64,000 bases of DNA from an uncultured Prevotellaceae bacterium (GTDB lineage: Bacteria; Bacteroidota; Bacteroidia; Bacteroidales; Bacteroidaceae): NCBI GenBank assembly GCA_902790625.1, contig CADASP010000011.1, forward strand, positions 9,856-73,855, in the 5' to 3' direction. Below are positions 9,881 to 18,071 of the stretch, one piece after another (the stretch's first letter is position 1; each line of letters begins with the position of its first letter). A program made the position numbers and the translations under genes. Below the pieces are notes generated by a model. The model made no database searches. It had not been told where the DNA came from and saw nothing but the letters and a program-made list of their open reading frames with translations.

Positions 9881-10104
9881 AGCCCCGAAGGGGCGGCGGA
9901 AGACGATGGTGAGCACCAATCGTCCGATGGTGAGCACCAATCGTCCGATGGTGAGCACCAATTGTCCGATGGTGAGCACCAATCGTCCAGGCATGGGCGC
10001 ATCTCTGTGAAGGTGGGATACTCTGTCGCCCCTCCGGGGCTTTCGTTCCGTCTGCTTTCACAGGGGTTACACCCCTGCCTATAATCCGCTGCCCCTCCGG
10101 GGCT
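9881..10104. repeat. REP-like cluster enclosing a 21-bp x4 tandem repeat
   Basis: agccccgaaggggc (9881, inverted copy); gcccctccggggct at 10028-10041 and 10091-10104; caggggttacacccctg at 10061-10077; (gatggtgagcaccaatcgtcc)x4 at 9905-9988. Confidence 0.8.
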
Positions 10105-10176
10105 TCTGCTGCAACCTAAAGCGGGCAAATCGTCATTCAGCGTCTTTTCAACCCTTCAGCTCTTTCCCATCAGAAT

Positions 10177-10209
10177 GAAAAAGCCGAACCCGGCAGGGTT
10201 CGGCTTTTC
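10177..10209 (-). terminator. Rho-independent (bidirectional-type) terminator
   Basis: aaaagccgaaccc-ggca-gggttcggctttt just downstream of the 10235 stop. Confidence 0.85.
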
Positions 10210-10234
10210 ATAGGATGGTGGTTGAGCATGCGGC

Positions 10235-13200
10235 TTAACGCACCACGAACTTCTTGCCTCCGACGACATACACGCCCTTTGGCAGATTGGCGGGGTTGGT
10301 GCCCACGTAGCGGCCGTCGGTGGTGTAGATGCGCAGTGTGGCGTTGTGGTCGAAGCGCACGCCGTTGATGCCGGTGATGGCCTGCACACCCTGCGGGGTG
10401 ACGTTCTCGGTGTTGCCCACGTTGTCGATGGCCAGCACGTAGAACGAGTATGCGTCGCCGTCGACATAGTTCTCCACGGCATAGTCCATCTCGCCAGCGA
10501 AGGTCTGTCCGTAGTAGGCGTAGTCGGCTCCGTTGTGCGATGCGAAGAGCAGATAGCTCTGCACACCCGAGGCGGCATCCTGCGACTGGCACTTCACGTG
10601 GATGGTGTTGGCAGCCGGGTCGTAGTCGGCCGAAGCCATCACCGTCACGGGTGGTGTGAGGTCGAGCGTGTTGGAGTAGACGTTGGTCTCAATGGGCAGG
10701 TTCTTGTCGAAGATGATGGTGGCCTTGTTGCTGATCACGGTGCCATCCTTCAGTCCGGGCTTCAGGTCGACCGAGAAGCTGACGTAGCCCTCGCCCTCGG
10801 GAGCGTTCACGTTGGGCGGCAGCTCGATGCCCTGGATGTCCCACGACAGCTTGTTGCCCTCGCGCTTCATCACCCAGTTGTAGCCCACGCCGTCGTGGCT
10901 GGTCTCGCCGAAGCGGACGGTGGAGACGTCGAAGACGTTCTCGTCGAGCTCGTCGCTGATGCGCACGCGGTAGGCGGCGTCGCCGGCCTCGGCCTTGTTC
11001 TCAAACAGGATGCGGTAGTTCACCGTTTGCGTCTCGCCGATGTAGTGCTGCTCGCCCACGCCGGCAGGACCCACCATCTCGTTGGGATCCCACGAGGCAA
11101 CGACATCGTTGATGGCGGCCTTGCCGTCGAGGATGTCGAGGAACTCATCGTCTATGTCGGTCTGGTAGATCCATCCGAAGACGTGCTGGCGAATGAGGCT
11201 GATGAGGGGACAGGTGGCATCGATGAGGTCCATGCCGCACAGCTCGGAGGCGCGCTTCAGCAGCTCGAGCACGCTGTAGGCGGCCATGCCCGTCTGCTCC
11301 TTCTCGTCGTTGAGCTGGTCCATCAGCTGCGACACCTTCAGTCGCTGCTCGCCGGTAAGCTCGTAGACGTCGCCGAGGCGGTGCACCACGTAGTCGCTCA
11401 CGTTGATGTGGCGGTCGGCGCCTTCCACATTGCCCAGGATGGCCACCACGGCGAAGGTGGTGGAGTTGACCACAATCTTGTTCTTGCCGCTGTAGAATTC
11501 GGTGTAGTCGCGGCTGTAGGCGATGTCGCCCTTACCCTCGCTGACCATGGTGAAGGTGTAGCTCTCCCACGGGTCGAGGCTGGGCACGAGGAACACGATG
11601 GTGTGCTGGCAGGTGGCGCCGTCGAGCACGGTGACGCTGTCGACGGGCAGATACTGCGTGCCTCGGTTGCTGGGCATGCGGAATCCCAGGATGTCGATGT
11701 TGTCGGTGGCGGTGATGCTGACGAGGAACTTGCCGGTCTTCTGTGCCGAGGTGTTGGTGATGGTGATGGGATTCTCGCAGGGCACGCCTTTGCGCACGGT
11801 GTTGCGGCCGCCAGTCATCACGGCGATGTCGCTGCTCACATTGGCCTGGCCCTCCTGGACGGGATTGCCGAAGGTGACGGCATAGCCGCCGTAGCCACTG
11901 TAGCGGGGCATATAGAAGATGTAGTGGCTGTCCTCGGTGTTCTTGTCGAGGTAGCTGATGGTGCCCGAGCTGCGCTCCAGCCGCAGGTCTTTCACCCTTT
12001 CGAGGATGGGTGCGCCATCGTCGCGGTCGCCCTTGTACTTATAGATTCCGACAACGCCGATGGACAGCGAGTGGCTGCTCTCCACATTTACCGTCACGTC
12101 GATTTGCCTTCCGTGCATCAGGCCCAGGTCGAACCATGCCTCCGTGGCAGCGTCGTTACCGCGATAGGCGTAGCCCATGGTACCCTGCACAGGCACGCCC
12201 TCCTGCAGGGTGATGCGGTTGGCAAAGTCGGTGTTGGTCATCTTCTGCTGGTAGAACGGGTTCTTGGTGAAGGTGCTCTTCACGGTATAGCCGCCGTAGC
12301 CGCCACGATGAGGCACGTAGAGATAGTAGGTGCCGGCGGCGAGGTCGTCGCGCTTGAAGACGAGGGCAGAGTCGGGATAGTCGAGCCACTTGCCTTCGCG
12401 CCTGACTGTTCCTGTGCCATCGGCATTGAGGGCGAGGATTTCAGCGTAGCCCAGCGTAAGCGTTTTCTCCGACTGGATGATGAAGCTGGCCGAGCCGTCG
12501 GCGGGCATCACGAACTGATACCAGTCTTGATTGTCTAAGGAATTGCTGTAGTCGTAGCCAAGGCGGCCCTGTGTGATGGTGCCGTTCTCAATGAGGGTGG
12601 TATTCTCCCACGAGTCGTTGCCGGCGATGTCGTTGGCAATGGCGCATGGGATGAAGTCGTAGGTGATGCGATAGCCGCCATAGCCTCCACGCAGGGGCAT
12701 GTAGAGATAGTAAGCTCCGGCGGCGGCGTTGTTCAGCTTGAAGGTGAGCGTGTCGCCCGGATGGTCGAGCCACTGGCCGTCGCGTCTGAGTGTGCCGGTG
12801 CCGTCGGCATTGGGCACGCTGATTTCAGCGTAGCCCAGGGTCAGCGTCTTCTCGCTGCAGATGGTGAGCTGGATGGCGCCCTCCTCAGGCACGTCGAGAC
12901 GGAACCAGTCGTGGTCGTTGAGCGAGTTGCTGTAGTCGTAGCCTAAGCGGGCCTCCTTGGTGGTGCTGGGCTCGATGATGGCGGCAGTGTCCCATGTGTA
13001 ATTGCCGGCAGCATCGTTGGCCATGGGACAGGGGATGAAGTCGTACTTCACGGTGTAGCCGCCGTAACCGCCACGGTGGGGCATATAGAGATAGTAAGCT
13101 CCGGCGGCAGCGTTGTTCAGCGAGAAGGTGATGGTGTCGCCCGGATGGTCGAGCCACTTGCCGTCGCGACGGATGGTGCTAGTGCCTTCGGCATTGGGCA

Positions 13201-14959
13201 CGCAGATTTCGGCGTAGCCCAGGGTGAGCGTCGTCTCGCTGCAGATGGTGAGCTGGATGGCACCCTCCTCGGGCACGTCGAGGCGGAACCAGTCGTGGTC
13301 GTTCAGTGAGTTGCTGTAGTCATAGCCTAAGCGGGCATCCTTGGTGGTGCCTGACTCGATGATGGCGGCAGTGTCCCATGTGTAATTGTCGGCAGCATCG
13401 TTGGCCATGGCACAGGGGGTGAAGGTGTATTGCAGCGAATAGGTGCCGTAGCCTCCACGCAGGGGCAAATAGAGATAGTAGTCGCCAGCGGCGGCGTTGT
13501 TCAGCACGAAGGTGAGGGTGTCGCCCGGATGGTCGAGCCACTGGCCATTGCGACGGATGGTGCTGGTGCCTTCGGCATTGGGCACGCAGATTTCACCATA
13601 TCCGATGGTTAGCGTCGTTTCGCTGCTGATGGTCAGCGTAATCTTGCCTTCTTCGGGCACGTTGAGCTTGTACCAGTCGTATATGTCCTTCGTGTTGTTG
13701 TAGTCGTAGCCCAGCTGGCCCGTCACGGCGGGGCCTTGTCGCAGCGGGGTGGCCGACACCCATTCATCGTTGGGCTCTGGGTCGGCCTCGGCACTGTGGC
13801 CCGTGAAATAGGAGGTCACGGTGTAGGTGCCGTATCCTCCGCGTAGCGGCATATAGAGATAATAGGTGCCAGCCGAGACGTTGGGCGTCTCAAACACCAG
13901 GGTGCTGTCGGGATAGTCGAGCCACTGTCCGTTGCGGCGATCCACGCCGGTCTGGTCGGCATTGAGCGCGCACAGCTCGGCATAGCCGATGGTAAGTGTC
14001 GAGTTGCTGCGCGCGACGATGGTCAGCTTGCCGTCCTCGGGCACCTCGATGGAGTACCAGTCGACCACATCCTGATTGTTATTGTAGGCATAGCCCAGGT
14101 GGCTGTTCTGTAGCACACCGTCGGCAAGTGGCGTAGCCGTCTGCCACGTGTCGTTCAGCTCGGGGTCGCTGTCGGTCACAGGCGGGATGAAGCGGTAGGT
14201 GAGGTGGTAGATGCCGTAGCCGCCGCGCCGTGGCATATAGAAATAGTAGGTGCCAGCTTGGCAGTTGGGCACTTCGAACACCAGCGTGGAGTCGGGATGG
14301 TCGAGCCACTGTCCGCCACGGCGCATCACGTCGGTACCTTCGGCATTGAGGGCGCAAAGCTCCACATAGCCAACGGTGAGGGTGGGTGCGCTGCGGAATT
14401 CGAACTGCACCTTGCCGTCCTTGGGCACTTCAATTTTGAACCAGTCCACGTTGTCCACGTCGGCCGGGGCATAGGCATAGCCCATGTGGCCGCCCAGCGT
14501 CACGCCGCTCTGCAGCAGGGGGCAGTCGTCCCAGGTGGCATTGGGCGTGGGGTCGGTCTTCACCGTCGGGGCGGTGAAGACGTAGGTCAGGCGGTAGGTG
14601 CCGCTGGCCTTGTCGTTCCTGGGGTTGGCGTGCATCTTCACCTTGTAGATGCCCGGCTTCAGGTTCGGACAGTTGAACGTGCGGTTCGAGCCGTCCACCC
14701 AGCTGAAGTCACGCTGCACGTTCTCGCCGTCGACGACGGCATAGAGCGTGATGTTCTCGCCACTGATGTTGCCCAGTGGCTCATGGGTGATGGTCACCTC
14801 GCCGTCTTCAGGCAGGCTGATGGTGTACCACACGTCGTGTACGTTCTTCGACACCGCTCCTGTTTTGCTGGTGCCGCTCTCCCAGTACTGCTGTGCCATG
14901 ACCCACAAGGGCGCTGTGAGCAGCAGTACGAGTGTTGTTAGTAATTGTTTGCGTTTCAT
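10235..14959 (-). CDS. Secreted surface protein with tandem PPC/collagenase-CBD-like domains, a DPNE-type domain and a T9SS-type tail
   Basis: Signal peptide (WVMA|QQ); 128-aa repeats EPND.W..A..L..G....G.LGY.Y...D..DW....AG.YY.Y.P.RGGYG.Y; SWDPNEMVGP..Y.I.FEN; tail IYTTDGRY..LPKGVYVVGGKKFVVR. Confidence 0.85.
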   Translation of the reverse strand: MKRKQLLTTLVLLLTAPLWVMAQQYWESGTSKTGAVSKNVHDVWYTISLPEDGEVTITHEPLGNISGENITLYAVVDGENVQRDFSWVDGSNRTFNCPNLKPGIYKVKMHANPRNDKASGTYRLTYVFTAPTVKTDPTPNATWDDCPLLQSGVTLGGHMGYAYAPADVDNVDWFKIEVPKDGKVQFEFRSAPTLTVGYVELCALNAEGTDVMRRGGQWLDHPDSTLVFEVPNCQAGTYYFYMPRRGGYGIYHLTYRFIPPVTDSDPELNDTWQTATPLADGVLQNSHLGYAYNNNQDVVDWYSIEVPEDGKLTIVARSNSTLTIGYAELCALNADQTGVDRRNGQWLDYPDSTLVFETPNVSAGTYYLYMPLRGGYGTYTVTSYFTGHSAEADPEPNDEWVSATPLRQGPAVTGQLGYDYNNTKDIYDWYKLNVPEEGKITLTISSETTLTIGYGEICVPNAEGTSTIRRNGQWLDHPGDTLTFVLNNAAAGDYYLYLPLRGGYGTYSLQYTFTPCAMANDAADNYTWDTAAIIESGTTKDARLGYDYSNSLNDHDWFRLDVPEEGAIQLTICSETTLTLGYAEICVPNAEGTSTIRRDGKWLDHPGDTITFSLNNAAAGAYYLYMPHRGGYGGYTVKYDFIPCPMANDAAGNYTWDTAAIIEPSTTKEARLGYDYSNSLNDHDWFRLDVPEEGAIQLTICSEKTLTLGYAEISVPNADGTGTLRRDGQWLDHPGDTLTFKLNNAAAGAYYLYMPLRGGYGGYRITYDFIPCAIANDIAGNDSWENTTLIENGTITQGRLGYDYSNSLDNQDWYQFVMPADGSASFIIQSEKTLTLGYAEILALNADGTGTVRREGKWLDYPDSALVFKRDDLAAGTYYLYVPHRGGYGGYTVKSTFTKNPFYQQKMTNTDFANRITLQEGVPVQGTMGYAYRGNDAATEAWFDLGLMHGRQIDVTVNVESSHSLSIGVVGIYKYKGDRDDGAPILERVKDLRLERSSGTISYLDKNTEDSHYIFYMPRYSGYGGYAVTFGNPVQEGQANVSSDIAVMTGGRNTVRKGVPCENPITITNTSAQKTGKFLVSITATDNIDILGFRMPSNRGTQYLPVDSVTVLDGATCQHTIVFLVPSLDPWESYTFTMVSEGKGDIAYSRDYTEFYSGKNKIVVNSTTFAVVAILGNVEGADRHINVSDYVVHRLGDVYELTGEQRLKVSQLMDQLNDEKEQTGMAAYSVLELLKRASELCGMDLIDATCPLISLIRQHVFGWIYQTDIDDEFLDILDGKAAINDVVASWDPNEMVGPAGVGEQHYIGETQTVNYRILFENKAEAGDAAYRVRISDELDENVFDVSTVRFGETSHDGVGYNWVMKREGNKLSWDIQGIELPPNVNAPEGEGYVSFSVDLKPGLKDGTVISNKATIIFDKNLPIETNVYSNTLDLTPPVTVMASADYDPAANTIHVKCQSQDAASGVQSYLLFASHNGADYAYYGQTFAGEMDYAVENYVDGDAYSFYVLAIDNVGNTENVTPQGVQAITGINGVRFDHNATLRIYTTDGRYVGTNPANLPKGVYVVGGKKFVVR
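12375..14310 (-). repeat. Six intragenic repeats at exact 384-bp period
   Basis: ggat(g/a)gtcgagccact at 12375, 12759, 13143, 13527, 13911, 14295. Confidence 0.9.
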
Positions 14960-15087
14960 AATGATTGTTTGTTGGTGATTAATATTCGGTTGTAAAATTA
15001 GGAAATAATTGGCAAGCTGCCAAGAAATCTGTCACTTTTTTTGTCTTTGCTTCGAAAGATGCGTTCCTTTCCTCGCCAATGGTGCGT

Positions 15088-15255
15088 TCACCACCCCATG
15101 TCGTCATCGTCGTCCCACTGCTTGTTGCGGAAACTGCGCGACTCGGCGCCTGACTGGTCGCCCCAGCCGCTGGGGTCGACGCTAACGGCGTTCATGAAGG
15201 GTTCGTCGTCGACTACTATGGCACAACGTGGCATTTCGTATTTCTTCTTTTCCAT
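15088..15255 (-). CDS. 55-aa small peptide not in the ORF track (MEKKKYEMPRCAIVVDDEPFMNAVSVDPSGWGDQSGAESRSFRNKQWDDDDDMGW)
   Basis: Hand-translated open frame; ATG 12 nt after the upstream stop with GGAGGAG in between; GC-rich third positions; K-K-Y-x-x-P leader and acidic Trp-rich tail. Confidence 0.7.
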   Translation of the reverse strand: MEKKKYEMPRCAIVVDDEPFMNAVSVDPSGWGDQSGAESRSFRNKQWDDDDDMGW

Positions 15256-15267
15256 GATTGCTCCTCC

Positions 15268-17892
15268 TTATTTAATATATAGTTTCTTTCCGTTGACAAT
15301 ATAAAGGCCCTTCTTTAATGACGAATTCCGAATTCCGAATTCCGAAAGGCAGCGGCCCTGCAGGTCGTAAGCACGTTCATTGTTCATCGTTAATCGTTCT
15401 GCGTCGGCGATGGCGGTTGTCGTCTCGTCCCAAATCAGGGTGATGGGGCGTGCTACGCTGACGATGCTGGCCGTTGGAATCTGCAGATAAGCCTTGTTGG
15501 CGGGCATCTTCACGTTGGCGTCGGCCTCCTGTATCTTCACAAAGTGTCCGCCCGTGAGCATGAAGTTGGTGAAGTCGCCATCAGTAGCCAGTACATGGGT
15601 GGCGGTGGTGACGGCCACGAGGCTGTTGTCGGCGATGGCCTCGGCGGCCTCGGTGGTGGTTTCAAGAGCGAAGGTCTGCCCTGCCTCGCCGCGCAGCAGC
15701 ACGCCGGTGGCGGCGGGAATCACGTCGCCCTCGATGGCCTGGATGGCGATGGTGCTGGCATCGGCATCGAAGGCAGTGCAGTAGTAGGCGGTGAGCCCTG
15801 CGGGCACGACGACGGCCTCGTCGGCGCTGAAGGTGCCTATGCCCGAGGCGGGCACGGTGAAGGCGTAGGTGGTGGTGCCCGATTCGGTGGTGACGGTCCA
15901 GCCTCCGGGGATGCCGTTGATTTGAATTTCGTCATCATAGTCGGTCGTAGGCACTTTCACGCTCCAGTCGGTACCGTCGGCCAAGACGAAGGTGCCCGTG
16001 GCGGGCACACCGGTGAGCCAGCCGTAAGTACTGTTCTCGGCCGAGATGTCAGTGGCGAGGCACTTCACATAGTTCAGGCTGGTGCAGCCGTTGAACATCA
16101 TGCTATAGCATCCTTCTACCAAGGTCTCGGCAAGCAGGTCGGGGGCTGTCGTCAGGCTGGTGCAGCCCATGAACATCTCGGAGTAGCAGCCCTCGGCCAG
16201 GATGGGGGCTGGCAGCGCGGGGGCTGTGGCCAGGTTCTCGCAGTTCATGAAGATGCCGTCGTAGCACATGTTGGCCAGTGTGGTGGCGGGCAACGTCGGA
16301 GCCAATGTGAGCGCCGTGCAGCCCCAGAACATGAAGGTGTAGCAGCCCTCGGCCAGCGTGGTGGCCGGCAGCGCGGGGGCAGCCGTCAGTGATGTGCAGC
16401 CGTTGAACATATCGTTGTAGCAATACGCGGTCATCACCTTTGCAGGAAGCTCAGGGGCGCGTGTCAGACCAGTGCAGCCATTGAACATCGAATTGTAGCA
16501 GTAGTCGGTGAGCGTCGTAGCTGGCAGCACGATGTCCTTGGTGGGATGGTTCTTGATGGTGGTGTTCGGTTCCCATTGGTTGCAGAACAAATCGCTGAAG
16601 CAATACTCGTCGGTCAGTGTGGTCTCGGTGGCGAATGTCGTGGAGTGGAGCAGACTCATCACATTGCCATAGACGTAGCAGTCGTTGGAACAGACAAAAT
16701 AATAGTGCTCCCAGTTCTCCGAGTCGTAGCAGCTGGGGTTGTCGCCACGGAAGCTGATGACATCGTTGGCAGCCAAGGCGATGTCTTCATCCCATGTCAC
16801 CTCAGTCCAGCTTCCGTCGTTCAGCTTGTACTGGATGGGCTGGATGTACCCTGAGGGGGCGTCGCCGTAGTAATCGTACTTCACCGTGATGGTTCCTGCC
16901 TCCACGGCCTCGAAGGTCAGTGGCTCACCTGCCATGTCAGTGGCTTCGCTGGCTTCTTCCACCGTCCAGCCTTCGGGGATGCCGTCCACCTCGTTCCATT
17001 CGCCCTGCGGCCCTACTGTCCAATCGTTCATGCCTGCGGCCTTGACGAAGGTGCCCGTGGCAGCTACACCTGTCAGCCATCCACCCGTGCAGCCCTCGAT
17101 AGAGATGTCGGTGGCCAGGCACTTCACGTAGTTCAGCTTCGTGCAACCATTGAACATCCAGCTGTAGCCCTCCGAGGGAACGCTGGCAGCGGGCAACTCG
17201 GGCGCTCTCTCCAGGTTGATGCAGTTGGAGAACATCTGATGATAGCAGCCCCAGCCCAGGTCGGTGGCGGGCAGTTCTGGCGCACGCGTCAGCCCTTGGC
17301 AGCCGGAGAACATATACATATAGCCGCTGCGGGTGACGTTCATGGCTGGCAGCACGATGTCCTTCGTGGGGTGGTTCTTGATGGTGGTGTTGTCCTTGGG
17401 TGCCCAATCGTCTTCCGATACAGGAGTTGTGAACAAAAAGGCGAGGTTGATATCCATATCCCACTCCTCGTCGCCTCCAACGATGGGCAGCGTGGTGAGC
17501 GTGGGATAGCCCGTGGAGCTGATGAGGCTCATCACATTGCCATAAATATAGACATCATTGGTGGCGGTGAAACGGGTGTACTGCTCCTTAAAGCTCCATT
17601 CGTCGGGTGCCAACATGCCATAGGCAGGGTTGTCGCCTCGGAAGCGCACCTGGTCGCCAGCGGCCACGGGGATGCTGATGGGGTTGCTGCTGGCTGCAGT
17701 CCATGTGGCACCGTCCTTGCTGAATTCTATCGTCAGCAAGTTGGGGTTGACGATGTTGATCGTCCCCGCCTCCACGGCCTCGAAGGTGAGCGGCGTGGCG
17801 GTCATGTCGTCGGCCTTCGTTCCCATGGCGGTGGCCATGAGCGCGAGCAGTGAGAGCAAAATTCTCTTGAAGTAACGTTGAATTTGTTTCAT
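15268..17892 (-). CDS. Secreted BspA/TpLRR-like leucine-rich-repeat surface protein, two modules, T9SS-type tail
   Basis: Signal peptide from ATG 17892 (MKQIQRYF...TKA|DD); 26-aa repeats LPATTL..xCY..MF.GCT.L..AP; duplicated PLTFEAVEAGTI and LNYVKCLATDIS..WL.GV.ATGTFV; tail KKGLYIVNGKKLYIK. Confidence 0.85.
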   Translation of the reverse strand: MKQIQRYFKRILLSLLALMATAMGTKADDMTATPLTFEAVEAGTINIVNPNLLTIEFSKDGATWTAASSNPISIPVAAGDQVRFRGDNPAYGMLAPDEWSFKEQYTRFTATNDVYIYGNVMSLISSTGYPTLTTLPIVGGDEEWDMDINLAFLFTTPVSEDDWAPKDNTTIKNHPTKDIVLPAMNVTRSGYMYMFSGCQGLTRAPELPATDLGWGCYHQMFSNCINLERAPELPAASVPSEGYSWMFNGCTKLNYVKCLATDISIEGCTGGWLTGVAATGTFVKAAGMNDWTVGPQGEWNEVDGIPEGWTVEEASEATDMAGEPLTFEAVEAGTITVKYDYYGDAPSGYIQPIQYKLNDGSWTEVTWDEDIALAANDVISFRGDNPSCYDSENWEHYYFVCSNDCYVYGNVMSLLHSTTFATETTLTDEYCFSDLFCNQWEPNTTIKNHPTKDIVLPATTLTDYCYNSMFNGCTGLTRAPELPAKVMTAYCYNDMFNGCTSLTAAPALPATTLAEGCYTFMFWGCTALTLAPTLPATTLANMCYDGIFMNCENLATAPALPAPILAEGCYSEMFMGCTSLTTAPDLLAETLVEGCYSMMFNGCTSLNYVKCLATDISAENSTYGWLTGVPATGTFVLADGTDWSVKVPTTDYDDEIQINGIPGGWTVTTESGTTTYAFTVPASGIGTFSADEAVVVPAGLTAYYCTAFDADASTIAIQAIEGDVIPAATGVLLRGEAGQTFALETTTEAAEAIADNSLVAVTTATHVLATDGDFTNFMLTGGHFVKIQEADANVKMPANKAYLQIPTASIVSVARPITLIWDETTTAIADAERLTMNNERAYDLQGRCLSEFGIRNSSLKKGLYIVNGKKLYIK

Positions 17893-17924
17893 AATGATAC
17901 GTGTTTGATGAATTAATCTGGTTG

Positions 17925-17932
17925 CAAATTTA
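17925..17932 (-). promoter_or_regulatory. -7 element (TAAATTTG) for the LRR gene, with no consensus -33 TTTG at 19-21 bp
   Basis: caaattta on + strand; the expected -33 position reads non-consensus. Confidence 0.65.
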
Positions 17933-17973
17933 AGCAGAAAAAGCAAAAGAATAACCGTTGAAATGGCGTTTTT

Positions 17974-18004
17974 TGACGAACTGCCCCCTGCGAATGACGA
18001 ACTG
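17974..18004. promoter_or_regulatory. 10-bp direct repeat TGACGAACTG x2 at 21-bp period; candidate LytTR binding site
   Basis: tgacgaactg at 17974-17983 and 17995-18004, between the divergent promoters. Confidence 0.65.
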
Positions 18005-18035
18005 AATGCCTAATTCCACATTTTTTTGCCTTTTT

Positions 18036-18067
18036 TTTGCCCGTTCCGTATTTTTGTCGTACTTTTG
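18036..18067 (+). promoter_or_regulatory. Canonical -33/-7 promoter of the LytTR regulator gene
   Basis: TTTG (18036-18039), 20-bp spacer, TACTTTTG (18060-18067). Confidence 0.75.
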
Positions 18068-18071
18068 CAAC

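Noticed and set aside
9905-9988. Possible mini-CRISPR or coding repeat (ORFs 9795-10061 and 9865-10128)
   Set aside because: Contiguous 21-bp tandem without spacers; the ORFs look like by-products of the repeat and REP-like hairpins.
15060-15090. tgcgttc direct repeat as a second LytTR site upstream of the PPC-repeat gene
   Set aside because: Only 7 bp, 23-bp period, unlike TGACGAACTG, and it overlaps the small-peptide stop.
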